A stretch of DNA of 64,000 bases, taken from contig NW_003314264.1 in the NCBI RefSeq assembly GCF_000143415.4, forward strand, positions 2,427,710 through 2,491,709, in the 5' to 3' direction. The position numbers were made by a program, and so were the translations under genes. This document shows positions 1 to 11,065 of this stretch, one piece after another (the first letter of the stretch is position 1; every line of letters starts with the position of its first letter). This stretch comes from Selaginella moellendorffii. Lineage: Eukaryota > Plantae > Lycopodiophyta. The notes beneath the pieces are model-generated. The model saw only the letters and a list, made by a program, of their open reading frames with translations. It was not told the origin of the DNA and did not search any database.

Positions 1-59
1 CTTGTCACAAGGTTGGCTTGTTTATCTCTCTCAGGTGATAGCTTAGCTGACTCCTGCGT

Positions 60-1545
60 CAATGCTCTTCCGCTGCAGCCGCCGCCACCGCCATCCATCT
101 CCAACACCCCAGGAGCAGCAACACCCCGATCAAACTTCTCGCTCATGCGGCTCCTCACGCCCCGCTCCGCAAGAACAGTGTCTCTTCCATTGCGATTCAC
201 GCTATCGTCTTCTTCGTCCGCGTCTCCGTCGTCTTCTTCGTCGACAGGGGCCGCGGCAGTGAGTCCAGATGCCATTAGAGAAAATTTGATCTCGTCATCA
301 AAGGTAGAACTTTTCTTTCTTTCTTTCATCGTCAACTTTGTCATCTCGTCTTCGCAGGGCAAGCAGATCAAACGCTCCAAGTCGGCGCTCGATGGTCACC
401 AAAAGGAGAAGAAGCTCACCCGGCTTTACTCCGGAACGTTTCTCGTCAAGCCGACCACTCCTCGTCCTCGTCCCCAGGAAACTTCACAAGCAGACGATGG
501 AGCCCAAGACACTGACCATGCCAACGACACCCAAGGTACGGAAACTTCCTATGATCAAGTTCATGGAGACCATGGTTCCATGATCTGAAAGTTTCAAAAC
601 TTTTAGACGGCGAGGACGAGGAGATCCCCGAGGAGGAAGCAGTGTGCCGCATTTGCCTGTGCGATCTGGGCGAGGAGGGCAAGACGCTCAAGCTCGAGTG
701 TAGCTGCAAAGGGGAGCTGGCGCTGGCTCACGAGGAGTGCGCTCTCAAGTGGTTTGGGATCCGAGGCAACCGCGAGTGCGATGTTTGTGGCCAGGAGGTC
801 GTCAATCTCCCCGTCACGCTCGTCAGGCTCCAGCAAAACCAAAACAATATCAACGCTGAAACTCAAGTTCTCCAGCAAGCTCAAATGGCGCAAATGAGTG
901 CTCCCAACAGGTAGATTCGTCTATCTCGCTCTATAGTTTTATAGATTCCATGGTGTTCTTCCAGGATTTGGCATGACGTTCCCGTGCTCGTCATGATCAG
1001 CATGCTCACGTACTTTTGCCTCCTCGAGCAGCTACTGGTGATAATTCTCTGATGATTTCGATTGATTTGCGAAGTTCTTGGATGGATTCTTTGTTGCCTA
1101 CTACAGGTGAGACGAAAGGGCCCTCGAGCATTGATGCTAGCTCTGCCATTCGCCGTCATGTTTGGAATGCTCACTGCCATCACAGGATCAACGCTTGGTA
1201 AGATTTCGTTTCTCTCTCTTTCTCTCGAGCTCCTGTCTGTAACAATAGATTCTTTCGACGCACAGTGAGGCAGCGTTGTATGTGGCTCTTTGCCATCTTT
1301 CAGGTCGGTTTTGTCATACTATTTGCGCATGTTTTCTACAGTTGGGTAAGATCACTCTCTTAAAACTTTTTTAGTTCTTATTTCAAACCATGATCCAGAT
1401 GAAGTTGAACCCAATCTTGTCGATTTCGCTGGCCTGTTTTGCGGGATTCGGATTGTCCATGATCGTGAATGCTCTCCTCCTGGAATGTTGGAGCTGGAGA
1501 ACAAGAGCAGCGCGACAAGAAGACGCAAGCCAAGATATCGTATAA
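60..1545 (+). CDS. RING-CH/RINGv (MARCH-type) membrane E3 ubiquitin ligase, 5'-truncated; remaining exons intact
   Basis: [13 protein letters not shown]...[32 protein letters not shown] (C4HC3), then W-x-DVPVLV and TM-rich exons. GT-AG introns splice in frame to TAA at 1543-1545. Confidence 0.9.
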
Positions 1546-1561
1546 ATATGTACTGTAATTC

Positions 1562-2431
1562 TTACACACTTGTTTTGTGATAGAACAAAATGTATGCATC
1601 GCTCGAGCACCTCGATAGCTCAAAAATCTCTTCCACCACCTCATCGTCAAAGCTGTACCACTTTCCATTTGGAAGTTTGATGGTTGCCGTGTAGTGCCCA
1701 TAGTCGGAGTCCCCCATATGGTTAATCAATCCATACAGTTTGTACTCCTGTTCGCAAAGTGTCAAAATCTGTGGAAACTCCACCGTAGTGTCGATCTTCT
1801 CCACACTCCCCGAAGAATCGCACTTAAACCTTGCCAAATGGAGGATTAAATTCCGTGGGAGCTTCCCAAGCTCCAGTTTCTTGACAGCGTCCTTTTGGTT
1901 TCTCTTGCACTTTGGGCAGTGCCAGGAATCCAAAACATCGTCTTTGGTGTACTCCCGGATGCATGATCCCAGAGAAACCGGCTGCGCCGTCTCATGGACT
2001 GGCAGCGAGAGAGAGGTGAAAGATTCAGGCGTGGAGGAGACCATGTTGGAGCACTTCGGGCATTTCACTGTGGATTTGGTTTGGCCCTCGAAGAAATCTG
2101 CGACTGGAGAGGGGAGCTCTGGCCGCACCTTTTTTCCTTTAGGGGGATTCTCTTGCTTCTTGAATTCCTGATCCAGGGCACCCAAAAGAAAATCGAGATA
2201 CTCCTGTGCGTCCTGCTGGACGCTCGGATTTGTCAGCTTTGGCCCTGGTTTTACAGACTTGCTTGCGTTATTCCAAATCGCCCTCACCACTTTCCTAAAC
2301 TCGATTACTATCTCACCTCTTACGCTGTCTGATTTCAAGAAGAAGCTAGAGAGCTCCGGAGTGTGTGCAACGCACTGTAAAGCACTGTTGGCTGAACAAG
2401 AATTCCCTTGGTTTTGAAAGCCCACAGCCAT
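1562..2431 (-). CDS. Minimal intronless ubiquitin-specific protease (peptidase C19), intact copy
   Basis: Cys box GFQNQGNSCSANSALQC, QQDAQEYL, LPRNLILHLARF, His box HMGDSDYGHYTA...WYSFDD. ATG at 2431. Confidence 0.9.
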   Translation of the reverse strand: MAVGFQNQGNSCSANSALQCVAHTPELSSFFLKSDSVRGEIVIEFRKVVRAIWNNASKSVKPGPKLTNPSVQQDAQEYLDFLLGALDQEFKKQENPPKGKKVRPELPSPVADFFEGQTKSTVKCPKCSNMVSSTPESFTSLSLPVHETAQPVSLGSCIREYTKDDVLDSWHCPKCKRNQKDAVKKLELGKLPRNLILHLARFKCDSSGSVEKIDTTVEFPQILTLCEQEYKLYGLINHMGDSDYGHYTATIKLPNGKWYSFDDEVVEEIFELSRCSSDAYILFYHKTSV

Positions 2432-2654
2432 TTTCCTTGCACACAACCCAAAAGAAAACCTAGAATATTTAAAGAAAACAAACAGGCATGAAATAATTTA
2501 ATAATAATTATAAAATAGCAAAATTACCGATTTTACATTTAAATAATAAATTTAAATGGAGAGTTATTGATGATAAATGATAATATTAAAATAATTTATA
2601 AAATGCCTAAAAATATTTTTTAATTGTGTTATAAGCTTATATATAAACACATTT

Positions 2655-5500
2655 TGTGAGGGCCAAGTGTACAGTTACGATGCCGTATACTAATATACTA
2701 ATATTAGCGTAATGGGATTTTGGTAGCCGTTGGATTGGTTTCAATTTGGACCACTCGCTCCTATATATAAACTAGGGTTTTTGGGCTAATTGATATGCAC
2801 ATTTCGGTATTCCTATTCCATATTCCATGCACTCACATTAGTGGAGATGAAGGGCACTTTTGATTGTCCCTGGGGAGTGCTTGGATTTGGGACTTCGGTT
2901 TAGATCTAGCTTTTGCATCGTCTAAATTTAGCTTTTTCCATTTCCTTTCTTTTGTTCTTTCTTTTCAGAATTTTGGTTTAGATCTAGCTTTTTGCATTGT
3001 CTAGATCTACCATTTCTTTCCAGCTTTTTGTCATCTCTCTTCTTTTGCTCTTTCTTTTTCGTTCATCTTCATGGCTGATCCACAATCTCCTCCTTTGACT
3101 CTAGAGCAACATTTGGTTCAATTGCTTGATGCTATACGCTTGCAATTGAACAACCAAACTCAATTGATGATGGCATTCACAACACGTGGTCCAACTCCTC
3201 CTGCTCTTGGTGCCAATCCTCGTGTTCGGCCAGAGTTCTTTCGTGGGAATCTTGGGGATGATGTGTACCATTGGTTCGATCACTTCACGGTGATTGCCAC
3301 ATATCATTATTGGGATGATGCTCGACGTTTGCGTGAGTTTCCCACGTGTCTCCAAGGGACGGCGTTGCAGTGGTACAATGGATTGAGTGCGGCCACTTGT
3401 GAGGATTGGAGTGTTCTTCCGGACGTCTTCAAACACGCATTCGGACATGCCGACGATTGTGATGATGCCTTCCAACAATTGCATCGTCTTCGCCAAGGGC
3501 CATCTGAGTCGGTGATGCAATTTGGCGTTCGTTTCCGAAGTCTTTTGCTTCGTGCGAAGCCTAATATGTCGGAGCGGATCAAGCTAGGAATGTTGTGGCC
3601 AGCACTTCGTCAAGATCTTGTTGGCCTTGTGCATGCACTTGCTCCTGCCACCCTTGACAATGCTCTTTGCTTGGCACAACGTTACGAGACGTCGCCTCTT
3701 CCACTTCTCGCTGCACATCCTTCAGCTCCATTTCCTATGAGTGAGAGTCCTGTTCCAATGGAGGTTGATGCTGATGCCCTTTCTCGTGCTCCTCTTCCTT
3801 CTCCACTTTCTTCTCATGTTTCTGATGAGCCTATTGTTCTAGCATCTGTGGATTTTCTATACGAGGATTCAGTGCCGTTGGCGGTTGCTGTACTTGATGT
3901 TCAGTGTCCACAAGGCGTAGAGCAAGATCTACCTTCTCTTGATGAGGTTCGCGAGGCTCAAAAGATTGAGCCGTGGATTCGAAGGCTTCAAGATGCGTTT
4001 GAGGATCCTACATCACTTGCTGATGACTTGCCTTTTCGGCATTTACATTCTCAATATTGCCTTGAGGATGGCCTTCTTTATTTTGTGGGGACGGATCCTA
4101 ATGATCATTTACGACTGGTGGTGCCTTGTATCTTTATTCCACGGTTTCTCCATGCCTACCATGATTCTCTTGTTTTAGGTGGGCATATGGGACATCGTCG
4201 TGTGACCGAGAAGCTATGCAGGTCTTTCTATTGGCCAGAGATGAGACGTGATGTTATCCGGTATGTGCGTAACTGCGTTTGGTGCCAAGCTCATAATACT
4301 CCCCGTTGTGCTCCGGAAGGACGGTTGGAGTCAATTGCAGTTTCCCGTCCATTCGAGTTGGTGGCATTTGATCTTATGGGAACTTTTTCACGATCGACTG
4401 CTAGCAATGAGTATGTTATTATTGTTTCTGACTACTTGACTCGTTGGGTGGAAGTTGGTGCTCTTGCTAGCGCCTCTGCAACTGCTGTTGGATACTTTCT
4501 CCTCAATCGAGTGGTGTTCTAACATTCTTGTCCAGAGCGGATTCTTTCGGATAATGGTCCTGCATTTATGGCTGAGGTATTTCATGTTTTGACGTCTCAG
4601 TTGGGGATACACCACACTTTTACGAGTGCTTATCATCCACAATCAAACGGTCTGGTGGAACGGCTCGTTCGGACATTCAAATGGATGATTGCAAAGTATG
4701 TGAACTTTCAGCATTCGGATTGGGATGGTTATTTGCTGTCTCTTCGGTATGCCTATGTCACAGGGGTGCAGAGTTCTGTTGGTGCTTCACCATATAAACT
4801 TCTATATGGCCATGATCCAATATTACCAACGGAGCTGGGTTTACCTTCGCGATTGTCACGAGCTCTTGATGCTAGGTCATGGGATCAATATTTGACGAGC
4901 ATTCTTCCACTTGTCCGAGCAAAGTCTACCGAACACTTAGGCCATGTACAAGTGGGACAACAACGGCACTACAACTCCCATCATTGTCCACCTGCAGAGT
5001 ACAAAGTGGATGATTTGGTGTTAGTCCATTTTCCCCATCTTACGGTACGTGGTTTATCTAAGGGGCTCCTTGCGCAGTGGAAAGGACCATATCGGGTGTT
5101 GTGGCAAGTTGGACCGCAAGTTTATGAAATTCAGCATGACATTCAGCAGGCCGATCCTCCAAAGATTGTGCATGTGCAGCGGTTGAAACACTTCATACAA
5201 AGGGATCAAGAGCAGTTAATGCCATCTACAGATCCGCCGATGCCTCCTCCTGACATTCCTCCAGATCCCGGCCCATCTACAAGAGAACTCTGATAGCCTT
5301 CCATTATTCCGAGAGGAGGGGATGATGTGAGGGTCAAGTGTACGGTTACAATGCCGTACACTAATATTAGCATAGTGGGATTTTGGTAGCCGTCGGATTG
5401 GTTTCAATCCGGACCATTCGCTCTTGTATATAAGTTAGGGTTTTTGGGCTAATTGATATGCACATTTCTATATTCCTGTTCCATATTCCATGCACTCACA
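2655..5500 (+). mobile_element. Ty3/Gypsy LTR retrotransposon copy A, internally deleted (gag fused to integrase; no PR/RT/RNase H)
   Basis: LTRs 2655-2837 and 5326-5500 (TG...CA). 4-bp TSD ATTT, with empty site at ~35311. PBS-like TAGTGGAGATGAAGG after the 5' LTR and PPT GAGAGGAGGGG at 5311-5321. ORFs 3071-4522 (gag plus IN zinc finger/core) and 4568-5293 (IN C-terminus with GPY) are split by a stop. Confidence 0.95.
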
Positions 5501-6592
5501 ATTTCACATTATAGAATTAAACTTCACTACTTAAATATCTCTTTTAAAATTATACAAAGGATTAAATATCAAACTATTTCACACTTTTGTCTTTTATATT
5601 TTAGCTAATTGAATAAGTATCACACAACCAAATAAAAAAATATGAGGAAAGGGATTCAATATGTAATAATTATATTCTAATATAAATATATTTTAAGTTA
5701 TGATAGTAACTTTAAAAGTTTTAAACACTATTTCTATAAGGATTTCTTACACTCTTGACAAAAGTTTTTATAATTAAGAAAATGGAATAAAAAAAACATG
5801 AATGTAATCTACTAGGAATCTTGAAAGTTTTTTTTTTTTTTGTAACATTCAAAAATTCACAAGAGAAAATGCATATATGAAAAGCTAAAAACCACAATTT
5901 TTCTTAGGATAATTGACAAAAATATACAAGTGATGGTAGAAGAAAATACATGGAAGTTTAAAAATCCTTAATTTATATTTAGTGTATGGTAATGTTACTA
6001 TTTTTTTTTCACATGTAGTATAATATATCCTCTATGTAATTTCAAAGAGTTAACACATAAAACATTCCAATTTCGTTCTTCAACATTTTAGCTAAATTCT
6101 CTTTAATATCCTTTTTAGTATATTTTCTAAAAGAAGAAAAGGTTTTAATGATCTAAGACCCTTTTTGCTAAAGGCTTTTCTTTATTTAGATGCCTTTTGT
6201 GCTAAATAATGTATCAAAAATACTTTTCTTTCTTGTGATATAAAAATTTGATTTTGTGAAAAATACATTAACAAAAAGCTTTAGCATATTATGCTCAAGA
6301 TTTTGAAGACTGAAGACTAGAGGGACCAATTACAAGAGTGAAAGGAATCAAAACATGGTACATATTATCCCCAAGATATCAGAAGGCCATCACAAAGATG
6401 TTGAAGATTGCTGAAGTACATCTGGTTGGCTAGTTGCACTTAATATAGAGAGATCCACTTGCATGGGATCTGGCATTGGTTGATCCTTAGGACACTGCAT
6501 CGTGAAAGCGTAAAAAGCAAAAGAGAGAAATCAGAAATGAAAAACGAATAATATATTATCGAAGGTGACAATCATAACTGGGAATCTAAAAC

Positions 6593-8047
6593 TCATGTGT
6601 TAAACTTGTGGCGGTCGTGTGGAGTGGAGTAGTCGATGACGCTTCCAACAGGGATGACGCCATACGGATTGATGGAGGGATGACTTCCGTAGTAGTGCTT
6701 TTTGATGTGGTCCATGCGGACGGTGTCCGAGATCCCATCCATCTGGTACACGTCCTTGACGAAGTTGAAGAGGTTTGGGTACTCACGGATCAGCTTCTTG
6801 TTGCACTTGAAATGAACAACATAAACCTGGCATAGGTAATGAATTTGAATAAAACTTCGAGAGAAAGCAAGAAAAAAAAACACCCCAGAGCTTACTTCGT
6901 CGAATCTTATGAGCGTCTTGAAGAGCCGGAGATCTGCCTCAGTGAAAACGTTTCCGCACAGATACCTCTGCTTTGAGAGGATATCCTCGCAGCGATCCAG
7001 CGCATTGAACAGAGCCTCAAACGCCTGCGACAAGTAAAAGAACTTGGATTCATGGCTTCCGAACGAAGAAAAACTAAAGAAGAAAGGTTCTGAAGATTTA
7101 CCTCCTCATAAGGCTTCTGCTTGGTTGCAAAGCCACAGCGATAAACTCCGTTGTTGATGGAGTCATACACCCAAGCGTTCACTTCATCAATCTTGGCCTG
7201 GAGATCTCTCGGGTAAAGGTCGAAGTCGGGACGCTTTGCAAGATGGTTGAACTCGCTGTTGAGCATGCGGATGATATCAGAGCTCTCATTGTTCACGATA
7301 GTTTTCTTTGCTTTGTCCCAAAGAACCTGTTTACGTCAGGCAATCAAGCTGTGAAAACCTTGAAGGGAAAGAAAGAAACGAAGAAAGAAAGGAAGCGAGT
7401 ACTCACGGGAACAGTGTACTTTCCAGTGTAGTTTGGATTGGCGATGTCGTAAAGTTCACGGACAGTCTTGGCATCGTTTATGGGGTCAGGCTGAGCACCA
7501 GGTTCCTCGTTGTCAGAGGAAGGAAACGTCCATCCAAAGTGACTCTCGCCTTCTTTGGTTCTCTCCCACTTTGGTTTTGTGGACTACACGTTACGAGAGA
7601 AAGGTGTGAAGATCATCCTCAAGAAAACAAAAGAAGAAGCTTCTAGCACTTAGAATTGTCCAAAGCAACAAGGATACACGCCAACCATATGAAGCACAAG
7701 AATCGAAGAAAACAACACTTAGTTGTCACAAACAAACCATATGAAACACAGGAAATCGAAGAAAACGCTAGCTTCATGCAAGCGCGAGAAAGCTTCTAAC
7801 TTCCAAAAGAAAGAAGGAAATTTCTTTGACATACCGTGACGCCAATAGCATGGTCTAAGCCCTTGAGCTTGAGCGTAGCGAAGCACCGGGAAGCCCAGGG
7901 ACACGCATACGAGATGTAGAGATGGTACCTATCGGCCACGGCCGGAATATCACACCCTTCTTTGCTAGAAATCCAGCTGCGAAACGATGACTCGGTGCGC
8001 TTGAATTCCCCATCCGTCGATGTCTCATCGATCGCCGTCTTTCCCAT
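6593..8047 (-). CDS. Glutathionyl-hydroquinone reductase (GHR; GST Xi/omega-like, YqjG/ECM4 family), apparently intact
   Basis: [66 protein letters not shown] across spliced exons. Confidence 0.92.
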
Positions 8048-8217
8048 CGCTCGTCCAGTTCCAAATCGCCTCTTCTGGATCCGAGCGGCAAATCGCAGTG
8101 ATCCTCTGGCGATCCCGACGGAGAGAGCCGCCAGATTGACTTCCTGTTGCCCGCAACGTGGCAAGCATTTCTTTTCTACTTCGATTTGGATTACTTTGGG
8201 CTCTGTTTTTTAGGGTT

Positions 8218-9963
8218 ATGATGCTGGGAGCTGCCCAGCGATGGCGATGGCGTCTCCCGGCGTGGAATCTGGGAAGCAGGAGCTTGTATTCCACGCTCAT
8301 GGGTATGTTCTTGCGAAATGTAGGTGGATTGGAGTCATGGATTTTCTATCTCCAGACAAGCATGCGCGCATTCCCGACGATATTTTGCGAATTTTGGAGA
8401 AGAGAATGATCTCTATTGAAGACCGCCATGCCTGCCTTTCCGAAGCGCTTCTAGAGGTAAAGTGTAGATTCGGATTTCGTCCTTGAAAATACGATCGTGA
8501 ATGATTTCAGCCTGGGATTGCGTCAGAAAAGCTCATCAAGATGAACAAGGAGCTTCGCAATCTGGATTACTCCGTGGATATGATCAAGGCGCTGAGAGCC
8601 AAAGAAAAGGTTTGACGTCTAAAGTTTGGAAAAAAGAGACTCTTTGGTTGAATGCAGGAAGTAATTGGCTTGAAAGAATTGGTCAAAGAGTCCGTTGAAG
8701 ACGAAGAAATGCGTAGGCTGGCCTCTGGAGAACTTCAAACGGCCACCAGAGAAGTGAGAGATGCTCAGCACGATGTTCTCCTGGAGCTTATACCTAAAGA
8801 TGAAGCTGCTCGAAGCAGAGCAGGCAAGTGCTCTCTGATGTGCTTGATGTTTGATATGTTTCATCTAATTTTTAGGAGCTGGAGGTGACGAAGCGTCAAT
8901 TTTTGCGTCTGATCTCTTCAAGATGTAGGCACGTCTTTCTGGTTCATGTCGAATGCTTATTAGATTTCTATGAATGCTCTCAGGTATGACAAATATGCTG
9001 CAAACAACTCATGGAGGTTTGAAGTTCTGAGCATTACTACCACCGACACCCGAGGTTACAAGGTAACTATCCGGTTCTCCACGGGCGTATCTAAGCTTGT
9101 TTTTATAGGAGGCTAGTGCTGCAATATCTGGAGATGGTGTTTATGGAGCTCTTAAGTTCGAAAGTGGCGTTCATCGCGTCCAGGTACGACAGTAATTGCC
9201 GTGGTTTCATTTTTTTATATGCATCCGTGTGCAGCGTGTTCCTGTCACTGAGAAGGCTGGGCGTATACACACAAGTACTGCGTCAGTCGCTATTCTTCCC
9301 GAAGCGAATGAGGTTCACTCCAGGTTTACTAAACCTTTGCACTTGCATAGACCATTGATACATGTTTCTTTTTCTCGTTTTTCTGTTGCTGAAGTTTTGA
9401 CTATGCTGACAGGTTGATGTCGAGATCCGTAATGACGAGATAAAGATAGACACTTACCGAGCTGGTGGAGCCGGTGGACAGCATGTAAATACTACCTGCA
9501 GCGCAGTCCGAGTTACCCACGCTCCAACAGGTATCGTGGTCGCAATCCAAGACACAAGGTAATCCCTTCAACACGCGTGCTTTGCTACAACTGAGCTGAG
9601 ATTGTATAGAACAAAGCAAAAGCTTTGAGTATTTTATATGCTAGGCTGTACGAGCTCGAGCGGTCCCGAGCAGCGGCAAGTCGGTCTGAATTACGACAAG
9701 ATCAGGTAATTCAGTTTATTGTCGCAGAACGTTATTTTTTCTATTTTTATAAATTGTCACTCCAGATCGGCTCAAGCGACAGATCGGAGCGCATAAGAAC
9801 GTATAACTTTCCCCAAGGTCGGGTAACTGATCATCGAGTGGGAGTGACGCAACACGCGATTGAGCAAATTATGGAGGGGATTGGTCTGGAAATTTTTGTG
9901 AATGCGCTCAAGATGCAGCACGAAGCGAGCGCTTTGGCGTCGCTCAAATCTGCAGCAGCTTGA
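8218..9963 (+). pseudogene. prfA: Organellar (probably mitochondrial) peptide chain release factor 1, copy 1, disabled
   Basis: [24 protein letters not shown] and [14 protein letters not shown] motifs. Relative to copies 2/3 it has a net 18-nt loss in DSRGYILEV (~8808) and a 13-nt frameshift deletion of ERSQH (~9553). Confidence 0.88.
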
Positions 9964-10270
9964 CTACCCATAAGTTTCACTGTTTTTTTTTCTTCCTATG
10001 TTTTTTTACCGTGTCAGATGTTGACAATTGGAAGCATTTGTTTGAACGTCAGATGAGTGTTCTATTATAAATGGCAACAGCACTGACTTGTTTCCATGCA
10101 CAGGACCGTCATCGGATCAATGTGCGTGGACGGCACGAAGCTGATCATGTAGGCCTCTTTCGTGCGACGATGTGAGCTAAAAAATGGAGTGGGGGAAGTC
10201 AGAGGTGCCAGGCCACCTACTTAAACGTTTCTCCTGAAAGAATCAACATCTTGGTCAGTAGCAGAGGAGG

Positions 10271-10408
10271 ATGGAGTTTTGTGTGGAGTTTTGCGAGGAC
10301 GAGGAGCTTCTAGCTGTCAGCCTGTTCATCCCAGAAATGCAGGATTTTCCCTCTTTTGGGAATTCTTCTGAAAGGGAATTAGAATGCTTGCCGCCATCGC
10401 CTTGCTAG
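10271..10408 (+). pseudogene. OVATE-like gene remnant (ATG joined to the last ~45 codons)
   Basis: About 580 bp deleted relative to the intact copy at 40294-41013. Confidence 0.8.
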
Positions 10409-11065
10409 TTTAAAGGAATAACGTTTCTAGGAAAAAAGAAAAAACATCGTTAGTAAAGCATATTTTCACCACCATGACTTTTACTTTACATTTGAAAAGT
10501 TTCTAAAATATTAAATAGTCTTACCTCCATAAAGGTTTGAATAAACAATAGATTAGTTTTGGTTTAAACCAGACGAAAAGGTCGCCTCACAAGAAAAAAG
10601 TACCAGTCACTGAAAGTTTCACCTCTCCTCATCTCTCAGGAATCCACCTCTTTTGGTTTAAGCTTAATTTCGCCACAACCAGCTTGCTCTTGCTGCTCCG
10701 CCCAGCACGAGTTTGTGCTAGCCCGCACAACAAAAACAAAATAGATTTTACCCTTGTTGTAAACTCTGTATGGATCAGCAGGAAATCTGATCCAGACGAT
10801 AATCTTGTTGTGGGCTAGTGACATGGATTAAGTGGTCTAAAGTCTCTTTCATACTAAAGCCTTAAAAAGCTTTTCACAGAAGTTTAAGTAAAACAGGATG
10901 CCTCATGGATTGTGCATTGCCATGAGGGCTTGCGCAGATTTTACTCATAAAATATACTTTACATTCCAACAAATATTCTATACCGTATCAGAATATTTGT
11001 TTGAATGTATAGTATATTTTCATCGCCCTTAACAGCATACCTAGATTATTTGGTAGTCAGCAAGA

